This document shows, one piece after another, positions 1-8,242 of a DNA stretch of 33,174 bases. The position numbers were made by a program, and so were the translations under genes. Origin of the DNA: Acidimicrobiaceae bacterium. Its GTDB lineage: Bacteria > Actinomycetota > Acidimicrobiia > Acidimicrobiales > RAAP-2. The stretch lies in NCBI GenBank assembly GCA_003135595.1, contig PLCI01000051.1, forward strand, positions 1,476-34,649. Reading direction: 5' to 3'. The notes below the pieces were generated by a model. It saw nothing but the letters and a program-made list of their open reading frames with translations. It made no database searches and was not told the origin of the DNA. Each line of letters opens with the position of its first letter. Within the stretch, counting starts at the first letter, position 1.

Positions 1-408
1 TCGGTGCACGCGCCGAGCGAGCTCGTCGAGCTCGCCGTGCGGATCTTCACCGAAGACGTCGCGTCCGGGGACGCCACGCTGCTCGTCGAGATGATCGCGG
101 GCTCGGTCTCCAACCCAGAGCTGGGCGCGGCGGTCAAGGCGCGCGTCGAGCCGTGGAGCGAGTTCGCGACCGACGCGCTCGCGTCGGCGTTCGCGAGCTC
201 GCCCCTGCTCGGGATCGTCGGCGCCGACGAGCTCGCCTACTCGGTCGTCGCCCTCTACCTCGGACTCGAGCTCCTCAGCCACCTGGACGGCGACACCACC
301 AAGGCGATCGCCGTCTTCGATCGGGCGCGGAGCCTCGCCGCGCTCGCCGACGTCTTGGCCACCACGACGGCACCCGCGACCGACCCGCACAGGAAGGCAT
401 CCACGTGA
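1..408 (+). CDS. TetR-family transcriptional regulator, C-terminal part only (5' end outside window)
   Basis: Frame 1 is open from base 1 to TGA 406-408. The helical Ala/Leu-rich sequence (ELVELAVRIFTED...ELAYSVVALYLGLELLSHL) resembles TetR ligand-binding domains. Its stop overlaps the GTG of the next gene (GTGA 405-408). The HTH is not visible because the N-terminus is cut off, so the family call is by resemblance only. Confidence 0.5.
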   Translation, partial: SVHAPSELVELAVRIFTEDVASGDATLLVEMIAGSVSNPELGAAVKARVEPWSEFATDALASAFASSPLLGIVGADELAYSVVALYLGLELLSHLDGDTTKAIAVFDRARSLAALADVLATTTAPATDPHRKAST

Positions 409-1364
409 CACCCAGCACCGAGGCCCGCGCGGCGAGCGGGGACGGACGCCAAGACGACACCGGCGTCGACACCGTGACGGGCGCGTTCAGCTACTCAGGC
501 CGTGCGATCGCCGCCGAGCTCACGGCACGTGGGCGCCGCGTCCGCACCCTCACGGCGCATCCACAGAGGGCGGTCGACACCGCGATCGAGGCGACGCCGC
601 TCGACTTCGACGACCCGCGCGGGCTCGCGGCGTCGCTCGAGGGCACCACGACGCTCTTCAACACCTACTGGGTCCGATTCGCCCACGGCACGACGACGCA
701 CGAGCGCGCCGTCGACAACACGAAGACCCTCTTCGCCGCCGCCAAGCAGGCAGGGGTCAGCAAGATCGTGCATGTCTCGATCCTGCACCCCTCGTCGTCG
801 TCGCCGTACCCGTACTTCCGCGGCAAGGCGCTCTGCGAGCGCGCGCTCGCAGAGTCGGGCGTTGCCTCGGCGGTCCTGCGCCCCTCGGTACTCTTCGACG
901 AGCACGGGGTGCTGCTCAACAACATCGCGTGGCTCCTTCGCCGCCTCCCGGTCTTCGCCGTCGGCGGGCGCGGCGACTACCGCGTGCGCCCGATCCACGT
1001 GGCGGACCTGGCGAGCCTCGCCGTGGACGCCGCGGGCTGGACCGAGGACCGGACCGTCGACGCGGTGGGGCCCGAGCGCCCGACCTTCAACGAGCTCGTG
1101 GGCGAGATCCGAGCCGCCGTGCAGAGCCGCGCGGCCATCGTGCACGTCCCGGGGCCTGCGCTCGTCCTCGGCTCACGGGTGCTCGGACTCGCCCTGCGCG
1201 ACGTGCTGCTCACGCGCGACGAGTACGCGTCCATGGCCGGGGGGCTCGCGGACTCCACGGCGCCCGCGACCGGTGCGACGAGCCTGTCGACGTGGCTGGG
1301 TGAGCACGCCGACGAGCTCGGCCGGACCTACGCGAGCGAGCTCGACCGGCACTTCCGCAGCTGA
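405..1364 (+). CDS. NAD(P)H-binding NmrA / atypical SDR family protein
   Basis: GTG 405 lies 7 nt after AGGAAGG (391-397). The N-terminus is Rossmann-like (VTGAFSYSGRAIAAEL) and a YxxxK motif (YFRGK) is present. The part of the 153..1364 ORF upstream of 405 is Arg-rich out-of-frame overlap with the TetR gene. Confidence 0.8.
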   Translation: MTPSTEARAASGDGRQDDTGVDTVTGAFSYSGRAIAAELTARGRRVRTLTAHPQRAVDTAIEATPLDFDDPRGLAASLEGTTTLFNTYWVRFAHGTTTHERAVDNTKTLFAAAKQAGVSKIVHVSILHPSSSSPYPYFRGKALCERALAESGVASAVLRPSVLFDEHGVLLNNIAWLLRRLPVFAVGGRGDYRVRPIHVADLASLAVDAAGWTEDRTVDAVGPERPTFNELVGEIRAAVQSRAAIVHVPGPALVLGSRVLGLALRDVLLTRDEYASMAGGLADSTAPATGATSLSTWLGEHADELGRTYASELDRHFRS

Positions 1365-1365
1365 C

Positions 1366-1854
1366 CTACCGGCGCGGCCGGCGTCGGTAGTGCGCGGGGA
1401 ACCCGAGCGACATCACCGTCGGGTACACCTCGTCGAGCTCGCCCACGATCGCGCCGCACAGCCGATCGAGCTCTTCGACATCGACGGACGCGGCCGGCAC
1501 GCGCGCGACGAGGTAGAGCCCCTGCTCGGGCCCGATCGCGTAGGCGGTGCCGAGCAGCGACGCGTTCCTCGCGAGCATGAGCGCGTAGATCTCGACGGCC
1601 GACTCGTCGGGCGCGGGCATGACCTCGGCCTCGGCAACCAGCGTGCGCTGCCCGAGCGTCAGCCAGATCGCGATCACGTCCTTTTCGGTGCCCTTGAAGC
1701 GCAGCACCCAGCGGTCGGTCGCGGTCCGGTCGGTCACGGCTCGGTGCTCGACGCCGAGCAGGTCCCCGGAGCCTTCCCACGCGAGCTCGAATGCCCCGAC
1801 TGCCGTGGTGACCGTCTCACGGTCGGCGTCCGCGGCGAGCGGCGCCTCGGGCAC
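1366..1854 (-). CDS. YbjN-like (putative sensory transduction regulator fold) protein, conserved partner of mshA
   Basis: The coding-looking part of ORF 1366..2175 starts at GTG 1854..1852, which overlaps the mshA stop by 1 nt (TAGTG). Upstream of that the ORF is Arg-rich and overlaps mshA out of frame. The gene order mshA then ybjN-like matches M. tuberculosis Rv0486-Rv0487. Confidence 0.65.
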   Translation of the reverse strand: MPEAPLAADADRETVTTAVGAFELAWEGSGDLLGVEHRAVTDRTATDRWVLRFKGTEKDVIAIWLTLGQRTLVAEAEVMPAPDESAVEIYALMLARNASLLGTAYAIGPEQGLYLVARVPAASVDVEELDRLCGAIVGELDEVYPTVMSLGFPAHYRRRPRR

Positions 1855-3071
1855 TAGGCGCAGCTGACGAGCCGAGACGCCCGGGTGGTGCGCACGATCG
1901 TGTCGAAGCGGGCCGCCGCGGCGCGCCACGTGTAGCGCTGGGCGCGGAGCACCGCGGCGGTCGACAGCCGCATGGCGAGGAGCGGGTCCGCCGTCACCCA
2001 CTCGACGGCGTCCGCCCAGGCCCGCGGGTCGCGCTCGGCGACGAGCAGCCCCGTCGTGCCGGCGTCGACGAGTGCGGCGAGGCCGCCGACGTCGGCTGCC
2101 ACGACGGGCGCGCCGCACGCAGACGCCTCGAGCGCGACAAGCCCGAAGGACTCCGCCATGGACGGGACGAGGCACGCGTCCGCGGCGCGGTAGTAGGTGC
2201 TCAAGAGCTCATGGGGCTGCGGCGCGACGAACTGGACTCGGCCCCGGCCGACGTCGCCGGCCTGCTCGTGCAGCGACGCCTCGTAGGCGTCGCCCGCGGG
2301 ACCGCTCGGTCCACCGACGACGACGAGCCGGTGGCTCCCCCCGCGGCGGGCGAGCTCGCCGAGCGTCGCGACCGCGAGGTCCGCGCCCTTCAGCTCTTGG
2401 AGTCGTCCGGCAAAGAGCAGCAGCGGCCCTTCGGGGTCGATGCCGAGCGCCCGACGCGCCTGCGTGCGGTCGCCGGGCCCGAAGTAGGCATGGTCGACGC
2501 CGAGCGGGACGACCGCGACGCGGTCAGCGTCGACGCCGAGCACGCCCGCCAGCTGGGCAGCCTCCACGTCGCAGCTCGCGAGCACGGCGTCGGCGCACGC
2601 GACAATGGCGTCCTCGGCGGCCGCCCGGGCGGGGTCCGCCGCGCCTCCAGCCTTGATCCGCTCGACGGTGTGGAACGTCACGAGCAGCGGCACGTCGAGC
2701 TCGTGCTTCAGGGCGTGCCCCGCGATGCCCGAGAGCCAGTAGTTGGCGTGGATCGCGCCGTAGCAGTCGGGGCTCTCGAGCATGCGAGCCAGGACGCCCT
2801 CGGTGAAGGCGTCGACGTGGGCGACCAGGTCGTGCTTGTCGAGCGGCCTCGGGGGCCCGGCGAGCACACGGTGCAGGCGCACGCCCGGCTCGATGTCGAC
2901 GACCGGCGATGCCGAGGGCGCCTCGAGGCGCGTGAAGACGTCGACGTCGTCACCTCGTCGGGCGAGCGCGGCCGCGAGCTCGCGCACGTAGACGTTCATG
3001 CCGCCGCCGTCGCCCGTCCCGGCCTGGGAGAGCGGCGAGGTGTGGAAACTCAGGACGGCGAGGCGCGCCAT
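1854..3071 (-). CDS. mshA: D-inositol-3-phosphate glycosyltransferase (mycothiol biosynthesis, GT4)
   Basis: 405 aa with ATG at 3071. The N-terminus LAVLSFHTSPLSQAGTGDGGGMNVYVRELA and the GT4 C-terminal core (PSMAESFGLVALEASACGAPVVAADVGGL) are characteristic of MshA. Confidence 0.9.
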   Translation of the reverse strand: MARLAVLSFHTSPLSQAGTGDGGGMNVYVRELAAALARRGDDVDVFTRLEAPSASPVVDIEPGVRLHRVLAGPPRPLDKHDLVAHVDAFTEGVLARMLESPDCYGAIHANYWLSGIAGHALKHELDVPLLVTFHTVERIKAGGAADPARAAAEDAIVACADAVLASCDVEAAQLAGVLGVDADRVAVVPLGVDHAYFGPGDRTQARRALGIDPEGPLLLFAGRLQELKGADLAVATLGELARRGGSHRLVVVGGPSGPAGDAYEASLHEQAGDVGRGRVQFVAPQPHELLSTYYRAADACLVPSMAESFGLVALEASACGAPVVAADVGGLAALVDAGTTGLLVAERDPRAWADAVEWVTADPLLAMRLSTAAVLRAQRYTWRAAAARFDTIVRTTRASRLVSCA

Positions 3072-3083
3072 GGGAGCGAGAGC

Positions 3084-3482
3084 CTACCGGCGGGTCTTGG
3101 GCTCGCCCTCGGGCACAGGGTCGCCAGGTTCCTCGGGCGGCGGCGTGCCGACGAACGAGTGGTACACGCCGAGCATCGCCTCCTTCTGGGCACGCGTCAT
3201 CCGATGGTCGTGCAGGATCGCGTCCTCGAGCCCCTCGCGGTGACGCGGGTCGAGAATGCCCGCGCGCACGTAGAGCGTCTCGGCGGAGATCTTGAGGCCC
3301 TTCGCGATCTGCTGGAGGATCTCGGCCGACGGGCGGCGAAGTCCGCGCTCGATCTGGCTCAGGTACGGGTTCGACACCTCGGCGAGCTCACTCAGGCGCC
3401 GCACCGAGAGTCGCGCGTTCTCGCGCTGCTCGCGGATGAACGCGCCCAGCTCGGCGAGTCGGTCGGTCGTCTCCCTCGGCAC
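3084..3482 (-). CDS. XRE-family helix-turn-helix transcriptional regulator
   Basis: GTG start at 3482. HTH_3 motif LSVRRLSELAEVSNPYLSQIERGLRRPS. Only 9 nt separate it from the sodX stop and 12 nt from the mshA start. Confidence 0.85.
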   Translation of the reverse strand: MPRETTDRLAELGAFIREQRENARLSVRRLSELAEVSNPYLSQIERGLRRPSAEILQQIAKGLKISAETLYVRAGILDPRHREGLEDAILHDHRMTRAQKEAMLGVYHSFVGTPPPEEPGDPVPEGEPKTRR

Positions 3483-3491
3483 GGCGCGAGC

Positions 3492-3866
3492 CTACGTCCC
3501 CTCTCCGTGGGCGTATCTGCGAACGACGAGATGACGGATCGCACTGACGGGCACCGCACCGAAGTGCCTCGAGTCCGTCGATGCGGCCTCGTTGTCGCCC
3601 TCGACCGTGGCGGATCCCTCGTCGATCGAAGCGACGCGCTTGACGAGCCGGCGACCCGGGGACGTCGGGTCGCTAAGTGCGACGAGGTCGCCGACGCGGA
3701 GCGGGCGGCAGCGCCGGACCACCAGCAGCCGGTCGCCCGAGATGAATGTCGGCGCCATCGACGAGCCGACCACCTCGACGCGCTCCAAGCCCCAGGCGGC
3801 GAGCGCGGCGATCGCCGCGAGCAGTTCGCCCGCCTGGACCCAGGTCCGCGTCGCTAACCTCGGCAC
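3492..3866 (-). CDS. sodX: S26-type peptidase, Ni-SOD maturation protease
   Basis: GTG start at 3866. Signal-peptidase catalytic motifs GSSMAPT (Ser) and LVKRV (Lys). Divergent from and adjacent to sodN, as in Streptomyces. Confidence 0.85.
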   Translation of the reverse strand: MPRLATRTWVQAGELLAAIAALAAWGLERVEVVGSSMAPTFISGDRLLVVRRCRPLRVGDLVALSDPTSPGRRLVKRVASIDEGSATVEGDNEAASTDSRHFGAVPVSAIRHLVVRRYAHGEGT

Positions 3867-3880
3867 AACTCCATCGAATC

Positions 3881-3896
3881 GCGGTCACGTGACCGC
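3881..3896. promoter_or_regulatory. Perfect 16-bp palindrome GCGGTCACGTGACCGC in the 49-nt sodX/sodN intergenic region (candidate operator or 5'-UTR hairpin)
   Basis: The sequence read directly is its own reverse complement. It lies 14 nt from the sodX start codon and 19 nt upstream of the sodN ATG. Confidence 0.4.
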
Positions 3897-3915
3897 CGCA
3901 ACTCGACGAAAGGCC

Positions 3916-4338
3916 ATGACCATGTCGCTGCTTGATGCCTCGCTCCGGATGCTCGACCACCTCACGCCTCCCCGACACGTCCACGCGCACTGCGACCTGC
4001 CCTGCGGCGTCTATGACCCGGCCCAGGCGAGGATCGAGGCCCAGAGCGTGAAAGCGGTCATGGAGAAGTACGCCGCCTCGAACGACGCGGACTTCAAGGT
4101 CCGCGCCACGATGATCAAAGAGGAGCGCGCCGACCTCGTGAAGCACCACCTCTGGGTCTTGTGGACCGACTACTTCAAGCCCGAGCACCTCGCGGCTCAC
4201 CCACAGCTCCACGAGCTGTTCTGGAAGGCGACCAAGACGGCCGGCGATGCGAAGAAAACGAACGACGTCGCGGTCGGCGATCGCCTCCTGGCCGAGATCG
4301 ACGAGATCGCCGAGATCTTCTGGGCGACCAAGAAGTAG
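3916..4338 (+). CDS. sodN: Nickel-containing superoxide dismutase precursor
   Basis: The Ni-hook HCDLPCGVYDP follows a cleavable leader, and the rest aligns with Streptomyces SodN (VLWTDYFKPEH ... IFWATKK). ATG 3916 is used here. ATG 3922 is an alternative with better spacing from AAGG (3910-3913). Confidence 0.95.
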   Translation: MTMSLLDASLRMLDHLTPPRHVHAHCDLPCGVYDPAQARIEAQSVKAVMEKYAASNDADFKVRATMIKEERADLVKHHLWVLWTDYFKPEHLAAHPQLHELFWKATKTAGDAKKTNDVAVGDRLLAEIDEIAEIFWATKK

Positions 4339-4344
4339 CGAGGA

Positions 4345-4527
4345 CTACTCGGCGCGGTGTTCGTCGCAGCCCCGCTGCGTCGGGTGCGCGCTCAGCGTCT
4401 CGTCGCTGAGCGGCGCCCCGCACACCTCGCACGCCCGGTAGGTCCCCTCGGAGAGCCGAACGAGCGCTCGGTCGACGTCATCGAGCAGCGCCGTGGCTTC
4501 GTCGATGACCTCCGGGCGCGCGTCCAC
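4345..4527 (-). CDS. TraR/DksA-family C4-type zinc-finger protein (small)
   Basis: 60 aa with GTG start. Motif YRACEVCGAPLSDETLSAHPTQRGCDEH, i.e. CxxC-x17-CxxH. Convergent with sodN. Confidence 0.7.
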   Translation of the reverse strand: MDARPEVIDEATALLDDVDRALVRLSEGTYRACEVCGAPLSDETLSAHPTQRGCDEHRAE

Positions 4528-4539
4528 GGTCCGATGGTA

Positions 4540-4558
4540 CTGAGGGGCGTCCCCTCAG
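4540..4558 (-). terminator. 8-bp stem / 3-nt loop hairpin (CTGAGGGG cgt CCCCTCAG) overlapping the stop codon of the upstream gene; weak terminator or attenuator candidate
   Basis: Perfect inverted repeat read directly. No T-tract follows on the minus strand, so its function is uncertain. Confidence 0.3.
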
Positions 4559-5862
4559 TAGACCATCGGGCAGGCCTGGAGCTGCACGTACTGGGAGTCG
4601 ACGGCGATCACGTTTGCCGTGTAGGTGTCGCCGGGCGACACCGTCGTCCCGGTCTCAGGACCTGAGAGCGCCCACGAGGGGAGGAGCCAGCTCGTCCCGT
4701 CGGTGAGCGAGTAGGTCGCGAGCTGCATCGTTGCCTGGTTGATGTTGACGTTGATCACGGGCTCAGGGATCGTCGTGGGCGGGGTCGTCGGCGGGGTCGT
4801 GACCGGCGGGGAGGCGCTGCCGACCGGGCCTGAGGACGGCGCGCCGCCGGGCGCGGAGCCCGACGAAGACCCGGACGAGTTCGTTGTCCCGGTGGACGGC
4901 GCGACACCCATCGGCATGATGCCGCCGCAGAAGACGAAGCCGTTGTGCGCGATGACCACGTTGACGGCATCGGTCTGGGAGATCGTCGGGTACGTCGATT
5001 GCGCCGTGGCGGTCACGAACTCGCCGCTCACCGAATTTTTCACGCTGTTCGGCCCGTACGAGACGTAGAAGCTCTGGTCGGTCGACAGCCCGTCGACGAG
5101 AATCGGGATCGAGACGTCGACTTCGGTGCCGTAGTTCGACACCGACGGCGTCCCGAGGTCGTTCGAGACTCCCAGGGTCGTCTCGAACAATGTCAGTGCG
5201 TCCTGTGCGGCCTGGTCGTTCGTCGGGAGCGGTCCCGTCGGGTCCGTGGGCGCCGTCGTGGTGCCGCCCGGCGACGTCGTCACGGTGGGTGTCGCGCTCG
5301 AGAAGTACCAGTTGACGATCCCGTTGGACGTGTAGGTCGAGACGTCGGGGCCGTTGTCGGGGCCCACCTGGTACGAGCCGCCGCCGAGCGAGGTCACGTC
5401 ACCGGACACGCCAAGCTCCTGTGCGATCTGGCTCGCCGCCGTCGCGGCGTCGATGCTCGACGACAGCACGTACGCCGTGCCCGAGCCTTGGGAGGAAGAG
5501 AGGCTCGGGTCGGCCGTGAAGTTGAAGGTCTCGTACGGGATCATCATCGCGCCGAAGCCCTGCTTTGACGCGCCGGGCTTGGTGGGGCCTGCGCTGTGGG
5601 TGCTCCCGAGGGCGATGATCGGGAGGTTCTGCGCCGCGGACTGGATGCCCAAGATGCCGGCGATCACGAGGCCACCGGAGCCCACGAGTGCGCCGAGCGA
5701 CGCGAACTGGAAGTGGCGCCATGTCCACGTCTTCGGCATCGGGGTCATGGCGTGGCGCGAGACTCGCTCGAGCGCGCCCTCGGTCATCGGTGCGACCTGG
5801 GCTGCGGGATCGACAGCGGCGATCCTCGACAGCAATTCGTCATGACCATTGAGACGCTCCAT
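4555..5862 (-). CDS. Membrane-anchored protein co-transcribed with ECF sigma (putative anti-sigma factor) with a large Ser/Thr/Pro-rich extracytoplasmic domain
   Basis: ATG 5862 is preceded by GAGGAGGA and sits 20 nt after the sigma stop. About 50 cytoplasmic residues (DELLSRIAAVDPA...) precede one TM (FASLGALVGSGGLVIAGILGI) and about 360 external residues that include a TTPPTTPPTT linker. No HxxxCxxC zinc motif is present. Confidence 0.7.
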   Translation of the reverse strand: MERLNGHDELLSRIAAVDPAAQVAPMTEGALERVSRHAMTPMPKTWTWRHFQFASLGALVGSGGLVIAGILGIQSAAQNLPIIALGSTHSAGPTKPGASKQGFGAMMIPYETFNFTADPSLSSSQGSGTAYVLSSSIDAATAASQIAQELGVSGDVTSLGGGSYQVGPDNGPDVSTYTSNGIVNWYFSSATPTVTTSPGGTTTAPTDPTGPLPTNDQAAQDALTLFETTLGVSNDLGTPSVSNYGTEVDVSIPILVDGLSTDQSFYVSYGPNSVKNSVSGEFVTATAQSTYPTISQTDAVNVVIAHNGFVFCGGIMPMGVAPSTGTTNSSGSSSGSAPGGAPSSGPVGSASPPVTTPPTTPPTTIPEPVINVNINQATMQLATYSLTDGTSWLLPSWALSGPETGTTVSPGDTYTANVIAVDSQYVQLQACPMVY

Positions 5863-5882
5863 TGCGTCCTCCTCTTGTGCGA

Positions 5883-6419
5883 CTACCCGGTACCTGTTGC
5901 GTACGCGGCGAGACTTTCCTGTGAATCCTCAGCGAGAATCGCCAGCAGATGTGCCTTCGCCTTGGAGAGTCGGATGGCCGCGGCGTTGACGGACACGTCG
6001 AGGGCGATGGCCAGCTCGTCGGGTCCTAAGCCTTCCCACGCAGTGAGGAGGAGCGCCTCGCGCTCCTTGTCGGGCAGTCGATCCAGCGCCTCGCGGAGTC
6101 CCATGTCCGCGATGGCCACGTCCTCGGCCGCCGGAGCAGCCGCTCGCGGTCGAATCGGCGCGATGATGCGATCCCGGCGAGTGCTTCGGTGCCGCGCGTT
6201 GGAGAGTCGGTGTTTGGCGACGCCGAAGAGCCACGGTGCCTCCGCACCAACGGGGATGTCGTCGAGCCGCAGCCAGGCCACCGCCATAACGTCTGCCAGG
6301 AGGTCCTCGGCGTCGTTCGCGTCGCTCACCACGTGGCGGCGACGGATGTAGCGGTGCACGGCGTCGCCGTGGTCGCGGACGAGCCGAGAGAATCGTGCCT
6401 CCCGGTCCGTCTCGGTCAT
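5883..6419 (-). CDS. ECF (group 4) RNA polymerase sigma-70 factor
   Basis: ATG 6419 is preceded by AAGGTGAGG. Region 2 reads DAEDLLADVMAVAWLRL and region 4 reads LPDKEREALLLTAWEGLGPDELAIALDVSVNAAAIRLSKAK. The ORF portion upstream of 6419 lacks coding character. Confidence 0.9.
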   Translation of the reverse strand: MTETDREARFSRLVRDHGDAVHRYIRRRHVVSDANDAEDLLADVMAVAWLRLDDIPVGAEAPWLFGVAKHRLSNARHRSTRRDRIIAPIRPRAAAPAAEDVAIADMGLREALDRLPDKEREALLLTAWEGLGPDELAIALDVSVNAAAIRLSKAKAHLLAILAEDSQESLAAYATGTG

Positions 6420-6730
6420 AACCCTCACCTTCGCGAGTCTGCAGCGTCTCTCTGTCCCTGTCGGGACTCGGCCGCAACTTTCCACAAAGTCTCCAGTGTG
6501 TGCGCCGTGGGCCGGCGGACCGGTCACGCCGGATGAGATCGCACCCCGGCAGCCGGCCCGGCACAGGGGGGTGCTGCGTTCTCCGGCGCCGAGCGAAAGG
6601 GCCGTTCAATAGTTGAAGCAACTTCACCTGAATCGTCGCGAACATCCGGGAGCCCCGGGGGCCGACTGCATGAATAATTCGTTATTGTCACCCGAACCGC
6701 CTCAAACTCGAGGCTCAGCGGGAGGGCAAC

Positions 6731-7903
6731 GTGCGACTCTTCGGTATGTCTCGTCTTTTGGTTGGTGCGCTGTCGGCCGGCCTAATCACGCTCGCGGTCC
6801 CGGTCGAAGCGGGTGCGTCGGTCAAGGTAACCCAGCAATGGGCGCTGTCAGGTGGTGCAGGCGACCAGTTCGGCTTCGACACGGCGCTGCAGGGCAACAC
6901 GCTCGTTGTGGGCGACGCGAACCACAACGGCTCGGGCGCGGTCTTCGTGTACACGCATACAAAGTCTGTCTGGACCAAAGAAGCGACGCTGACCGGCAAG
7001 GACACGATTGCCGGCGACTCGTTTGGCAACGCGGTGGCGCTCCAGGGCTCGACGCTCGTGATCGGCGCGCAGGGTCACAACGGTGCCCGAGGCTCGATCT
7101 ATGTCTTCACGGGGTCCGGCAAGTCCTGGAAACAGACCCAAGAGCTCACGGTCACCCCGTCGGGCGCCTACGGGCAGTTCGGGTGGTCCGTCGCGATCTC
7201 GGGATCGACCATCGTCGCAGGCGCGCCCAATGTCTCGGGTGCAGCGTTCGTCTTCACCAAGTCCGGCCTCGGCTCATGGACACTGCGCAAGCAGCTGACC
7301 GCGAGCGATCAGGTCAACGGCGACGGCTTCGGGTACACCGAGGCGGTCAACGGATCCACGATCTTCGTGGGCTCGCCGTACCACGGCGCGACCGCCGGCG
7401 AGGTCTACGTCTTCACCGGCTCGGGCAACTCGTGGAAGCAGCGCACCGAGTTCCGAGGGAAGGACACCGTCGCGAGTGACAACTTCGGCCTGGGCGAGCT
7501 TGTGGCATCTGGCTCCGACGTGTTGGTCGCGGCGCCCTTCCACGCGACGGGCGCCGGCGCGGCCTACGTATTCACCGGGTCTGGCGGGACTTGGAAGCAG
7601 CAGGCCGAGCTCAAGGGCAAGGACACCGCGGCCGGCGACCACTTCGGCTTCGGCGAGGCGATCGATGGCAGCACCATTGTCATCGGCGCAGACCGCCACG
7701 TACCTGGCGGCGTCGCGTACGTGTTCACTCGCTCCGGCACCACTTGGAAGCAGCAGGCCGAGTTCAAGGGCAAGAACACGACGACCGGCGACGTGTTCGG
7801 ACGCTCGGTGAGCCTGTCCGCGACCGGGTCAGTCGTGACGGCGGCAGTGGGCGCGCCGTTCCATGCCAGCAACGCTGGCAGCGTCTACCTCTTCCGAGTC
7901 TGA
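6731..7903 (+). CDS. Secreted FG-GAP-like repeat protein, predicted 7-bladed beta-propeller
   Basis: GTG 6731 lies 4 nt after GGAGGG (6721-6726). A signal peptide is present (LLVGALSAGLITLAVPVEAGA). There are seven ~50-aa repeats of the form GDxFGxxVAxxGxTxVxGAxxxxxxGxxYVFTxSGxxWKQ, with FG cores GDQFG, GDSFG, YGQFG, GDGFG, SDNFG, GDHFG and GDVFG. Confidence 0.85.
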   Translation: MRLFGMSRLLVGALSAGLITLAVPVEAGASVKVTQQWALSGGAGDQFGFDTALQGNTLVVGDANHNGSGAVFVYTHTKSVWTKEATLTGKDTIAGDSFGNAVALQGSTLVIGAQGHNGARGSIYVFTGSGKSWKQTQELTVTPSGAYGQFGWSVAISGSTIVAGAPNVSGAAFVFTKSGLGSWTLRKQLTASDQVNGDGFGYTEAVNGSTIFVGSPYHGATAGEVYVFTGSGNSWKQRTEFRGKDTVASDNFGLGELVASGSDVLVAAPFHATGAGAAYVFTGSGGTWKQQAELKGKDTAAGDHFGFGEAIDGSTIVIGADRHVPGGVAYVFTRSGTTWKQQAEFKGKNTTTGDVFGRSVSLSATGSVVTAAVGAPFHASNAGSVYLFRV

Positions 7904-7930
7904 GGGCATTCGAAGTCTCTGCTTGCGAGA

Positions 7931-7965
7931 TCTGGTCACGCGCGGCCACGCCGCGCGTGACCAGA
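7931..7965 (+). terminator. Strong hairpin: 15-bp perfect stem (TCTGGTCACGCGCGG / CCGCGCGTGACCAGA) with a 5-nt loop, 28 nt after the propeller gene stop
   Basis: Inverted repeat read directly. It has no T-tract, as is common in high-GC actinobacteria. Confidence 0.6.
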
Positions 7966-8002
7966 TGCGAAGCCGCCACAGCCACTCAGATACGGTTTGG
8001 CG

Positions 8003-8075
8003 GGGCCGCTAGCTCATCCGGAAGAGCAGGGGACTTTTAATCCCAAGGTGCCGGGATCGAGACCCGGGCGGCCCA
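8003..8075 (+). tRNA. tRNA-Lys (anticodon UUU), 73 nt, CCA not encoded
   Basis: Hand-folded cloverleaf. Acceptor GGGCCGC/GCGGCCC. D-arm GCTC-ATCCGGAA-GAGC. Anticodon arm GGGGA-CTTTTAA-TCCCA (U33, TTT, A37). 5-nt variable loop. T-arm CCGGG-ATCGAGA-CCCGG. Discriminator A. The T-loop starts with A instead of the canonical T54. Confidence 0.7.
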
Positions 8076-8242
8076 CAGAATTCGGCCAGTTCAGGCGGGT
8101 TGCGCGCTTCACGTGCGGATTCGCATTTGCTACTCCTTGCTACTAGCGAGCTAGAGGACGGCAATCGAAGGGATGGAAATCTCGCCAGGCCAAGTCAGAT
8201 CGATCTCGGGGGTCGTCCCGGGCGTTTCTGCCCCGATCCAAT

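Noticed and set aside
2211-3857. Very long ORFs in the supplied track that are antisense or out of frame to recognisable genes (for example 502..1857, 2211..3857, 11072..12055, 12796..14064, 19825..20724, 28705..29583).
   Set aside because: Their products are Arg/Pro/Gly-rich low-complexity strings typical of non-coding frames in high-GC DNA. Each overlaps a gene with clear family motifs.
6420-6730. Shared ECF-type promoter (GGAAC-N16-17-CGT) upstream of both the ECF sigma gene and the propeller gene.
   Set aside because: Only loose matches exist (GGAAAG...CGAC on the minus strand, GCAAC...CGTC with an 11-nt spacer on the plus strand). The spacing is wrong and no common motif emerges.
8111-8129. 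TGCGgattCGCATTTG at 8114-8129 resembling TGCGaatCGCATTTG at 22053-22067 as a shared operator.
   Set aside because: Only a 9-mer (TCGCATTTG) is identical. One such coincidence is expected in about 66 kb of two-strand sequence.
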